NCBI GenBank assembly: GCA_905178155.1
Contig: CAJINV010000011.1
Coordinates: 953,982 to 1,017,981 of the forward strand
DNA length: 64,000 bases
From: Amoebophrya sp. A120
Lineage: Eukaryota; Protista; Dinoflagellata
Direction: 5' to 3'
Positions 1 to 12,000 of the stretch are shown here, piece after piece. The first letter of the stretch is position 1. Every line of letters starts with the position of its first letter. Under the pieces are notes generated by a model. That model was not told where the DNA came from. It ran no database searches and saw only the letters and a list, made by a program, of their open reading frames with translations. A program made the translations under genes and the position numbers.

Positions 1-3000
1 GTCTAATATCAAGTGCAAAAATGTCTGGGTCTGGAAGAATGTAACTTGTGATGCTGCGTTTGAAATCCAAAAAGATCTGTATTGCATGAGCAGCAAAGAG
101 AAGGCAACGAACATTTGCTTCGCGGAGAGGGTATTTGCCATGCGCGATAGGCATCAAGAAGGCCTCAAAAAATCTGTGATGCTAGGGCATGCATCACAGA
201 CGTCAGGGCTCATGCAAAATGTGCATGACAAACTCCCCAAGTCTTCCAGACCCAGACATTTTTACATTTGATATCTAAGGTCGGCGAGCGAAAATCCTTC
301 AAGATCGCGCTGACGAACAAGGCGACGCACTTATCCTGAGCAAAAACGTACCCACACCAGAGTTCTAATGCAGATTTGCAAAGACAGGAAGACTTGTAAT
401 GCGCATCCCCATGAGAGCCATTTTCAGTCGTGTTTTGGGATTTGTGATGCTGTGAACAGGATGAGCAGATGAATCTGTGATGCGGCTGCACTTGCTAACC
501 TGCACTACAGTGCAGAGTGCAACTTGTCATGCGTGACTCACAGCGCATGGAGAAGCCCGGGACAAGCGCATAGACGCAGAAGGCAGTGGAGGTGGAGTTC
601 GACTAATCTCGGCTCGCGCAGTCCGGCAGCGAGACGAACGGCGCACCAGCCCGAGCGGAGCCATGCAGAAATCGACCAGCAATGGTGGCGGAGCCCCGCA
701 TGGACACCATGGTCGCCGTTGGCGATCACAATCTCGCCACCGAAAGCGAGGAAGAAGCGAGTCGCGCGAACGACAAGCCAAGCGACATAAGACCGGGGGG
801 AGAACGGAAGCGACCACCGGACCGGTCGGCCACGGCGAAAGCATCCGACGGCCGGCCCAAACTACATCAGCCCAGCACAACCTGCCGAACGCCGCGCACG
901 GGGATGTTGATCAGCCATCCGGCCAGCAGCACGGGACCAAACCACCCCTAACCAAGAAGGCCATCCAAGAACTAATTGACGAGGAAACGTATGAGGCGGA
1001 AAATGGAAACCCGGAGGGCGTCGACGCGTTACAACTGGCGCTCCGGTTGAGACGCAGGCTAAAGAAATCCGGCTGCCCGCAACGAAACATCCGAAGAGCG
1101 GTAGAGACCATTAGCCTAGGGCTGGAGGAAAACAGAAAACGCCTGCCGCAGGCCATCGAGCTGGCGCTGCAGCACGCCTACATGCCACCCGGCCAATCGT
1201 TCCCCGACCAGCAGGGGGCGCCTGCCGCAGGGGTAGCGGGGGCAGCGGAGGACTCGCCCGCTGAGTCCAGCAGCACCGGCGACAGCAGCACGGAGACGTC
1301 CTCTTCAGAGGAGGAAATAGTTGTTGGCGGAGACCCGAGCAGAGCTAGCAATCACGGAGTAAAAACAGAGGACGAGACGGCGGTAGGGGGAAATGCCTCA
1401 CGAGTAACTGCTACCGAGGAGAAGCGGGTGGTGGATGTCGACTTGACGGGCGAAGACAGTCAGTCGGGGGACCGCGACGGCGGCCCCACTACCGAGGGCG
1501 ACCCCCCCAGGGGCGACAAAAGGGGTGGCGAGCCCATCAACGAGAAGGCGGCCCTGCAGGAGCGGAGCGGAGCTAGAGCGCCGGCGAACGCAAACCCCTT
1601 GGCCCAGCCGTGGCCGCAGAGAACGGACCGGCCCCCCAAGGCTTCCGAAGCGCCCGGGCCCAGCGCGGACGACGTCGTGCGCAGCCTCGCGGAATCTCTA
1701 CCCAAAATCACAGCAGTGCAAGAGGACGCCTCACGTGCCGGGGAGCCAAGCAGTACAACCCTGTTTGGAGGACACGTTGCTGCAAAACTCGACAAGGAGC
1801 GTGCAGATAGAGCAGAAGAAAAGCGACAGCAACTCCTCGGCCGCCACCGGAGCTTCCAGACCGGGGAGGAAGAGACTGTTGTTGCGGGGGAGCTCGACCG
1901 GCACAAGGCGCGCGAGACGGCCGCACGCGTTCGGGGCATTGTCGCAGCAAATGGGGGTGGCGCACCAGCAGCACTACAGCGCCCGATCTTAGGCCTATTG
2001 GAGGACTCGGGCGTTTCACGCCCAGCGGCAAATCGAGCTGCCCAAGAACTGGTGACCGCAGTGGCGCAGAACATCGGAGTAGAGAGCGCAATTCGCGCGG
2101 CAGCGGGCTCAGCGGCCGGTGGAGCGGAGGTAAAGTCGCAACACCTCATGCCCCCTCCACCCCCATGGAGGAAGCCCGACGGAGCGGCATCAGTAAGCAA
2201 GCCCGAGGAATGGACCCCGCCTCGAGCCCGACACTCACGTGCCCCATCGCGGAGTACGCGGGACCGGCAGCGGAAAAGCGACGCTAGACAGCGCACTCAG
2301 CGACCCCGCAGCCGCTCCCGGCAACGGCAGAACCACCGGGACCGACATCAGGGTGGCGCTGCGAGCCAAAACAAGGAGAGGGAGGGCAAGGCTCGGGGCG
2401 GCTCGACACGGTAGTAGGCGTAAGGCGAAACGACGAGGGAGACCATGGGGGAGCAGGTGTTGACTGAAAAATGAACTGAAAATCTAGAACATATTTGAGG
2501 CTAAGTTCGCTGTTGTGTGAAAAGAGGAAATCTGTAGAACGCCGAATAGTAGTGCTCGTTTTACAAGGAAAAGGACTCGCTCTTCGATGTGAATCGGGGG
2601 ACCAGCGTCATCGCTCGAAGGCAGAGGCACCAAGAAGTTGCGCCTCGCCTGCACCTCCCGTGCGCTGAACAGTAGAACTCAGACGAAGGCGGCGCGACCA
2701 ACACCGCGAACAAAGTCGCACAGGATAGCACTGGGCGCAAGTAGAATAACATGCACCAGCCCGCGCCTGCGGGGTACAAGTAAAAGAAACACAATCACCC
2801 GTGCGGGCTCCCGCCGCGCAGGCAATGAACAGGGGACGTCCGCCGGGTGGCGCCCAGTGCTAACGACCGACGCAAGTGAGGCGGAAAAGAACGCCAGGCG
2901 GTCGCCAGCGGGCGGAAAAATAAGAAGGTCCGTTGCTCAAAGATGGACGCGCCGACAGCTGGGCCTCCCGCGCCCCTCCCCTGGTGCAATCTGCCTCCCC

Positions 3001-6000
3001 TCCTCCGCCCTACCAGGTGCTCCTCCCGTAGTCCAGGGTCCTCCCACGGGTAGGGCCTCCGCTTTGTATGTCGTTGCTGGACTGGCGGCCCTGGTAGCAG
3101 CGGTTCTTGTATGATCTGGTTTCCGCCCGGCAGATTGCGTCCTCCACTCCCCCGCCCGCACATGCAGGCTGTTGTCTCCCCCACCGTGCCTAGCGAGCAA
3201 GGGAGGGTGAAGCAGATCAGGCATGACAGATACGGGGCCACAGCCTGCATGCCCCACCCCCCCTCCAGCAGTCGGGGTCCATCTTTGGAGCAACACAAGC
3301 GGCCCAGTATCAAAGCGTGAATCTAGTAGCCGAAGTATCTGTAGGAAGAATCGCGCTTGCTGAAAGTTATCAAACAAAAGTCCACCCTAACCATGAAACG
3401 ACGCCTGCGGGCAGTCCCTCTCCTTCTGCTTGGCCGCAATGGCGCAGCGTCACAGTACTCAAGCACTACGGTAGTGGGGTCCCCTCGGAGGACGGGCGAG
3501 ATGGCGGCGGTGCGGCGTGAAATCGTGGAACAGTTGGAGGAGAAGCTGCCGATGATAGAGGATCCTGCTGCAGCGGCGGCGGCCGCAGCAGCAGCTGATG
3601 GAGACGACGCCAACGTAATGCGGCAGCTAGTAGAGCCGCCTCCCCTGGAGCTGGCACCGCACCAAATCGCGACCGCCGAACAGAGCCAGGCATTCGTACT
3701 GGCGCCGGCCTTAATCCCAGCGGGCGCAAGAACAATCCTGAGAAAAGTACACGAGTCCGCCCCGAAACACATCGCAGCGGCAATTCGCGCTGCGAGTGAG
3801 CACGAGCTGCTCCTGGAGGTCGGCCCGCATTGCCTACGCAACATCCAGCGGCCGGCGCACGCAGGCGAGTCAGAGGCAGAGCGCGTCCGCGCAGCGGGAA
3901 AGGCGCTGTCGGCCGGCGTGGCCGTCCCCGGCGGGGCCAAGCGATACATGGAGGCAGTCCCGCTGGCAATCTGGCGGGCAACGGGAAGCAAAGTAGGTCC
4001 TCTGGCAGTGGCCTACACGAACCACCCGGACTACCGGAACATCCCCTGCAATGCCGCGGTGGTCGACGCCCTGGCACTACGGCAGACAGACCACGCAGTA
4101 GGACTGGACCCGCGCAACCATAGCAGATTTGCAGCGGATACTTTGAAAAACGCGGGGGGCTTTGCAGCGAATGAGTGGCCGTTGGGGGATCCGGGGGTGA
4201 ACTGGGAGGACGCTGGAGTCCGCAGATCCGACAACACCGACGACCTAGCAGCCGTCAAAGGCAAGGGCCTGCAGAAGCGGCTCGAGAAGGCGCCGCCCGA
4301 CACACCTTTCTGGATAGGCGCCGACAAGCCACCGCTCGGCGAGGGCGGAGAAGAAGCTATGATCTGTGCGCCGGTGCGGAAAGTCTCCCGCACCAGCATA
4401 GCTGCTAACAGACCGACGCCGCACGGCCGGAGCTGCCCCGACTGTGTCGCGGAGGCGCAAGAGATGGCGAAGAATACGAAGGAGGGCAACACCCTCGTCC
4501 ACCCGTACCTGGCCAGTTTCTTAGCCCCGGAGCGGATTCCGCCGGCGGTCGGACCATACACGAACTGGCTCGGAAGCGAAGCACCGAACCAAGCCCACCT
4601 CCGCCACCCCGTCTACATCCGGGTGCCCGAGGTAGCTCCGAGTGCAACAGCGACAACGCTCTACCGGTGCACCAGGTGCGACGCGGTGGGACAGCTGCCC
4701 AGCATGTTGGCGCACGTGGTGGTGTGCCGCGTGGGGCGACATGGGCGCATCGGCAGCATGCTGCTGGGCAAACTGGCCGCCCTGGCGACGGGGGAGCGGG
4801 ACGCGGCCACACACCTCGTAACGACGTCAAAGAATCACCACCTGGCGGAGCTACGTCTTCAGCTGGACGAGCGCCCGCCCCCGCCCGACAAAGAGTGGTC
4901 CAAAGGGCGGCGCATGAAGATTACGTTGCTCAATCTGGATGGCGGCCTTCTGAGCAACTGGCCGCTCCTGGTGCATGAGATCACGGAAGCCGCCCCGCTG
5001 GTAGTCGTCGTCAGTGAGGCAGATCTTCCGCAGGACCTCGCCAAAACCGTCAGCGACCTCATCTACCTGACGCTTCGCGCGCGCTATTTTATCTGGAGGG
5101 GAACAAGGGCCATGGCCCTGGTGGCGCACTCCCTCCGCCCGGCGGAGCAGGCAAGGTGCACACAGATCCCGCTGGCCCCGAGCATGGCAGCAATCCTAGT
5201 GGCACACGGAGACCTAGCAGGCGAACTAGTGGCGGGATATATCCCTCCAATCACGGGGGCGACGGGCAGAGACGAAGTGATGGCGCAGCAGCAGGCGGTG
5301 TTGCGATACCTCTCGGACGCCCCCAAGGACGCAGTCGTGGGGATTGCGGGCGACCTGAACATCAGCACGGGATCAATATTGTTGGAACGCCCAAGACCCA
5401 ACCCGTTCCGTTCGGCCCTAACAGCGGCGGCCGAGGCGCGGGGTATGCAGCCAGCCCTCCTGCCCAGCGACGTGACCTACCCCGCAGCGGATTCGCAACC
5501 GGATGCGTTGTTTCTCCGGCCGCACAGCCGTGACATAGAACTGTGGACACAGCTGAAGCTACCCGCGTTCCTCCCGGAGAACTGCGCCACGCATATGCGC
5601 GTAGACTGCGAACTGGTGCCGGCCGAGGAAGACAGAGAACGCAAAGGGACCGAGCAAGTGCCGGAGGGCCTCATGCGGCGGCGGGTTTTCCAGTGGACGA
5701 GCATGACGCAGGAGACTCTAAATAGAGTCCTCGCGCGGGCGTGTGAGGCGGCAAAATCGGCGCAGGGCTTCACCGCCAAAACCTTGGCGCACATATTGAA
5801 AACGGAGCGGGCGCCAGTCCGCAAAGCCAAAATCCCGCCCAACCATCTGTCGTTGCTAAAAGGCGACGGCACGCTCACAATGTCGACGCAGGAGAGCATG
5901 GAGGCCTTTCGCGTCCGCCTTTGCGAAGGGAAGCCCGCCGGCATCCAGCGCACGCCGGAAGAAGAGAAGGCGGTGGCAGAACAAGCACGGGAGCTGATAG

Positions 6001-9000
6001 AAGATGCGCCCTCGGTTCCCCTGGAGCCCTCTCTCGATATGGCAGTGCGAGCAATGCGGCGGCTAAACGGAAACGCGGCAGCGGGAGTCGATGGGGTACC
6101 AGTCGCCCTGCTGAAGGCGAGCACGACACTCGCATACTTGCTCGTCACCTTGATCTGCAATGCAATCAACGCCTTCGAGGAGCCACCGTGGAGCAAGGAA
6201 TACTTGTTTGTCTTCCTCTTCAAACACGCGAAAAGTGGGGCAACGAGATTCGTGCCGCGCTTCTGGCGCCCAATCGCCATGATCAGTGGCATCACCAAGC
6301 TTGTCGAATCGGTGGTGCTCGGCGCGATAGAAGCCCTGGTGAACGAGTTCCGGGACAACTCGGCTTTCATCAAAGGCCTCTCGCCAACGGTTGGACTCAT
6401 CCGCGCCTTGATGAAGGCGATGCAGTCGCGCCGGAAGTACGTGGGGGTCGTCGTGGGCGACATAGCGGGCGGCTACGAGAACGCCTTTGTGATCCACGTG
6501 CTGACAGTATTGAAGGAGCGGGGGGCGTCGCGCCAGATTCTCCGCGTGATCTATCGCTGGATGTGTGGGCGGACGGGGCGAATAGTACTCTGTGGGCTAG
6601 TCTCACATGCCTTCCCCCTTGGCGAAGGGTTGGGGCAAGGCACGCTCCTGTCCCCTGCCCTGTTTAGGATCGTGGTCGAATATTGGCTGAACATCGTAGG
6701 CCTCGTCAGCGACTTGTGCGACTGTATCACGGGTTTCTGTGACGACATCGGGATCGTCGTAACTGCCGACACAGAAGCGGAGCTGAAGCAAAAGCTCACG
6801 GACAAAGCAGATCGCTTGCGCCGTATCCCGTACCCGATCGCCGACTGGCGCATCGCGGTCCTCAAAGCCCCAGTGCTGTCAAGTGGAACCAAGGAAGAAC
6901 AGGACGCATTCTTCAGAAGGTTCACGGTGCGGCTCGCATGCGGCCAGGTCCTCCGGCTCCCGGAAGTGGAGACGCAGCTGGGCAGTGAGACGGGGAGACC
7001 CCTACGGGCGGAGAACGGAAATGGGCGAAGAATTAACAGAGCGGCCTACATCTCCGTGTTGGGAGTGCCGCTATCACCACACCCGGAGGCATGGCTAGCA
7101 CACCTGGGGGGCCTACAGCGCAGGGTCGCAGCAGAAGCGGCGGAAGCCGCTGCAGACGAGGACAAATCAGTGGTCGAGCTAATCGATCAGTACCATTCCA
7201 AGATGTTTAATTGTCTGCAGTATGCCAGCTCGGTGAAAAGCATTCTCTGCCCGGGCGAGGCCCTGGCGCGGCTCGACACAGTGGCAGAGACCTGCCTCCG
7301 CAGAATGTTGCGCGTGAGCTTCACCGCTCCGGTGTACTCGACCTTCTTTAGTACGGGCGCCGTGATCCCGAGTACGGCGGCACTAGCGGAGCGCAACGTG
7401 CTGAACATTCAGGCAATCGCCCTGGATAACGAGACCTTCGCACAAGAGGCAAAAGTGGAGGAAGTCTGCCCCCTGCGCCGGGAGGGGTGGACCAAGCTGC
7501 GCATCTCCCACACCCTTAAGCCCGCCGACCCGCTTCCTGACAACGTTGTTCTGCTGCCGGCCCCTGCAGTGTTTCAGCGGTACGGACTGAAGTACAGCAA
7601 AGAGGAAACGCCAAAGGTTGCGGCGCTGGTGAAGGAAGAATTCGAGAAACTGGAGAAGCAGCTAGGCCCGGCCATGATGCTCATCGCAACGGATTCGGGC
7701 GACGTTCCGCGAACCGCACCAGGCGCAGCGGGCCCCGGCCCCCGCAAACGTATGGCGACAATAGTGATGAGACGGGGGGACGACCAAAAAGGTGAGTTCG
7801 CGCTTGCGGCCCGCCTCCGACACTGCCTCACAACATTCTGGGGCGAAGCGGGTGCTTTTGTCGTCTCGGTCCTCCTTCTCAGTGATAGTATCCGGGAACC
7901 CCACGCCCCGATACACGACGATCGCCTCCGGCTAGTGTTATTCCAAGTGGACGCGTCGCCGGTGTTGGATAACGTGTTATCGAGTAGGACGGAGCAGACA
8001 TGGCAGGAGTGCCGCCGGGCACTGATAAATCTAGCACGAACACGACCAGACTGCCTCTTTCTCTGCTTCTGGACGCCCGGCCACGCAGGGATCAGTCCAC
8101 ACACGGAAGCCGACCTGCTACAAAAGCAGACACACCTACCAAGCGAACCGCTGGAAAGGTTCACGGACCTGCGCATACCGCTCCGACAGCTCCGCGCGTA
8201 CGCAAGGACATGCCTCCGCGAAGAGATCCTGGAAGTGGTGAAGAAGCGGGCGCGGGCATCAATGACGGGCGCATGCCGGGGCTACATAGCCACGGAAGTC
8301 GGCGACGCGAGGAAAACGCTGCGGGGCCTCCCGGCGGCCAGCCAGCGTCTAGCCTGGAGCCTACTGTGCGGAGATGGAAGAGACGCGGCCCGGGCAAGCG
8401 ACTCGCGGGTAGGCAGCTCGTACATCAAGTGTGGGCTTTGTGGCGAAAAGGTGGCCGCCGTGGTCGCGTTGTCGGTCAACCAAGACCCCTCCCCGCCCGA
8501 GATGGATGACGAAAGCTCTTCCGGGTCGAAGGGCAACGATAGTGAGTTACTCATCGACGAAGAGGAGATGGGGGCGATAGACACAGCGGCCGAAGAACTC
8601 GCAGGGGACGCAGACGCCCCAAAGAACACGGAGTTCGCAAACCTCGACCGCCATGTTCTTTTGTCTCACTTCGCGCGACACGTCCTCCTGTGCGAATGCA
8701 AGAAGATCCAAGAGGAGGTGCTGACGGTGTGCCCGGCGGTTCCGACCTCGCAAAACCTCCTCCGGAGGCCGGACATCACAGTCCGCGCCTTCCTGACGAA
8801 GCTGGGCATGGTCCCCCCGCCCGAAGGAGAATGGCCGGTGAAACCACGACAGAGGCCTGACAGAGACGATGTCCCGCCGCCCGCAGAGGTGCAGGCAAAC
8901 GTAAACAGAGGGGCGCAGACGTTTCGCAACATGATCGAAATGGCGGAAACGGCGCAGCCCCCGGCAAGCGCCACGCAGGAACCCAACCCGCCGGCCGTTC

Positions 9001-12000
9001 CGCGGAACTTCGTTCCCGGGGCGGTGCACAGACTCTGCACCAGTGCGCCCGACCGAACCCAGCCCCAGGAGGGCGATGCGCAGAGCCTCCTGGACACGCT
9101 GTTTTGGATACCCCCGGACCGGCGAGCCCCAGGCACCACGACACGAGAGCGACAGGGGCCGTACACGCGCCCCCAGCAGCAGGGGCACGCCCCTCCCCCC
9201 CCTGGACAACCATCGAGCAGTCCTGGCGCAATCCCCCATACCACATCAGGACGAAGCGCAAGCCCAGACCTGGGTGATGAATACCAGGAGGCCGACGAGA
9301 CAGATGGCCTGGAAACGGGGCGGGCAGAAGTTTTAGCTGGCGGAGTAGTGCTTCGACTGGACCCGGTGACGGGTCTTCCCCTACCGCGAAGCGGGAAAAG
9401 CGGGGCGGACGAGGAGGGCTTGCAGGTCAAGCCAGACGCCATCGCAGCGCAGGCTGCGAACCAAGACGACCTGTCAATGATGGAGGAAGACGAAGATGCG
9501 CTCTATACCTAACCTGCATGCCTACCTAAAAACTGCGCACCTACCGAAAATCTTCCTATACAGCTGGACCCCGAGAGGAGAATCGTACCACTTCTAGGCC
9601 ACGACCGGCCCACGGTCAAGGTTCGGGCCCGGGTCTTCGGCGACGCCGACTGGGAGTTCTTGACGAGCACGACGGAGAGCCTGCGAGGGAGGGAGGCGGA
9701 GTGCGGCGTAGAGAGGGCCAAGAAGATGCATGCGTCGTCGTCGTCTGGTTCTCCTCGTGGTTCTGGTTCGCGTCTGTTTTTGGTTTTTCGCTCCGGCCCC
9801 TTGTATGACAAGATGGACTGATGAAAAGAAAGGCGTGGTTGCCGCATAGTTGCAGTCGGGGAAGACTGCGGGCCTGTGTAGTTGAAGGAGCCTAGTTCCT
9901 AGAAAGAAGAGAGATGAAAGCGTAAGAATCCCCTCAAAACAAAAAGAAATGAAGATCTGCCCAGCGTCCCGCTCGTCGTGTTGCAATTTCTCGCTGCTGG
10001 GGCCTGCTCAACGGTCTCTGCGCGCGCTCTGGAAAATGCTGTCCTTATCCCGCCGGGCGGAGTCGGTAACTTTGGCGTTTTTCGCAAGGACGTTGGGGCA
10101 TAATCGGGTAGACAGGTCGGCGGGTTTAGAACTCTGACTCAAAAAGTCGCATCACGATCTTCAAAACGACGCAGGAGGATCCTGCGGAATCCACGACACT
10201 CCCAGTCCACAGCACCTGGGGACAACTATGCTGCTCCGCGTCAAATATGTTGTTCCACACGAATGGAGAAATGCATGCGAAAGTAGAGCCCTGCCACTTC
10301 TGTCATGCGTGTTGATTATGTTTAGTATACCGCTAGCAGAGACCCTGCGCTAGACCCGTCCTCAAGTAGTAGCGGGTGTTATGTCCGGGCATCGACATCT
10401 CCCTACATTTAGCGCCCTCTCGCCTGCCCCCTCGGGCCGCTCATTAACTGCTTTGCACTTAGCACGGTATGCGCGTGCTGTCCTCGCCCTGCCTCTTCTG
10501 TCATGCATGTTGCTTAGTACTATGATTCCTCTAGACTCGTCGGCATGTTGACGAGGTTGGGTATATTCGGGCAGCGATATCTACCTACATCCTCTGCCCG
10601 GTTGCTGCGTGGTGCTGTCACGCCGGCCCCCTCGGACCGCGCAGCAACTGCTTTGCAGTTAGCAGGGTATGCGCGGTTCGTCCTCGAGTCCTCCTTGCCG
10701 TGTGACCGAGGGCGCCCTCGGTACTCTCTTTGCCATTCGCGAGCGGTATCTCGCGAAATATCTGCACACCGTGCTAAGGTCATTGCTGTTCCTGATTTAT
10801 GGTCCTCGTGTGATGCTGCATTTCTCCACCATTTTTCATCTGGATACATTTCCCTCCTGCGCCCTGAGGACCCCGACATCCGAACCCGAGCCAGGAACCA
10901 ACCAGCCCGGCGCCACCAGTAACCCCAGCTACCGGATGTCGCTCTACCAACCTGCTGTCGCGGCTGACGGCCGACGCCCGGTTTCGCCTACGCCTTGAAG
11001 CGCCCGATCCGTAGCCGGTCTGGACGGGTTCACGGCGTCTACGACCTCTCCTCACCCCTCCGCCCTGATGTCCCACCTGTTCAATTCTCTCCACCCCGGA
11101 CCGACACTTCCGGTTACCCCGATACTGCTGCATACCCGGGAAAGCTTCCCGCCCGTCCTCAAGGTGCAGCTGCGGCGCCCCGACCCTGTTTTTCTGCACT
11201 CTCCTCGGCACTCCATCTAGAGCTTGCTGTTGGTGATGCTCTAAAAAGATTATTCCAGATAAGCCAACCCCGGAATGAAGGGGCCGCGCCCTGCCCCCAC
11301 GAGCTTTCACTTGTGCGCGCTGGGGGTAGTTGCGTGTGCTGCTCCTACCTGGTCGGCTTTGTCACCGGCTGGCACTTGAAAAACTATCCTCCTAAAAGAC
11401 CCACTAAATAACAGAAAACTTCGTCCATAATGAGTATGGAGATGGTCTAGCCCGCAGCTCCTCCTATCTGTTGCTGGTGACCTGGTCTGTTTTCTGACAA
11501 TAAGTGCTGCGTCGTCTAATCTATGGGTGCGAGTAGATGTACTAGTGCCCGGCGGGTTTCTCGCAGCAATAAGGAAACTGGCAAGGATAAACATCTGTCT
11601 GTGCCTCCAATGCGCTGATGGACTGTGCTTTGCCAAATAGTGAAGTAATTTGGAATGCTCCAGTTCTGGTCCCGTTGCTGTATATTGTGCGCGGGGGCTG
11701 GGTGGAAAGGTCCAACAAATACGTTGGCGGATGTGTGTGTGTGAGGAGGATAGTTTGGAGTGCCAGGTCCGTTGGGCCCGGGGTGGCGGCGTCTTTGGGT
11801 TGATCAACTCACCCGAAACACAATGCCATTCCCGCAGCAGCACAGTCTGTTTATGTCATGCGTGACTCACAAAACTCCTAGGTTTGTGTTGCAAAATCCC
11901 CATCCTGACTCTGGTGTGGGTATGTCTTTACTCAGGATAGCACTTGCTAACGCTGAAAGTGAACCCCGAGAACCTTGACGGCTGCGCCGTCCGCCTCCCC

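Larger units (their letters stand above)
543..11853 (+). mobile_element. Non-LTR retrotransposon (APE + RT + RNase H; I/Ingi-group-like), 5'-truncated, 18-bp TSD
   Basis: Perfect direct repeat TGTCATGCGTGACTCACA at 525-542 and 11854-11871, present once in the empty homolog at 42449-42466 (reverse complement). Contains a GC-rich ORF1 and an uninterrupted 2051-codon ORF2. Confidence 0.93.
332..11939. mobile_element. 279-bp inverted-repeat introner (TSD GCACT) split by an 11.3-kb LINE; total intron ~11.6 kb
   Basis: TIR tatcctgagcaaaaacgtacccacaccagagt ... actctggtgtgggtatgtctttactcaggata; GCACT at 327-331 and 11940-11944. Segments 332-542 plus 11872-11939 align ungapped, with about 28 mismatches in 279 bp, to the reverse complement of 42381-42659. 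Confidence 0.93.

Noticed and set aside
9818-9831. ctgatga...gaaa hammerhead-like core in the LINE 3' region
   Set aside because: No stem II and no supporting flanking helices.
525-11871. LTR retrotransposon interpretation
   Set aside because: The flanking repeat is only 18 bp and occurs once in the empty site; there is an APE domain and no integrase or protease.
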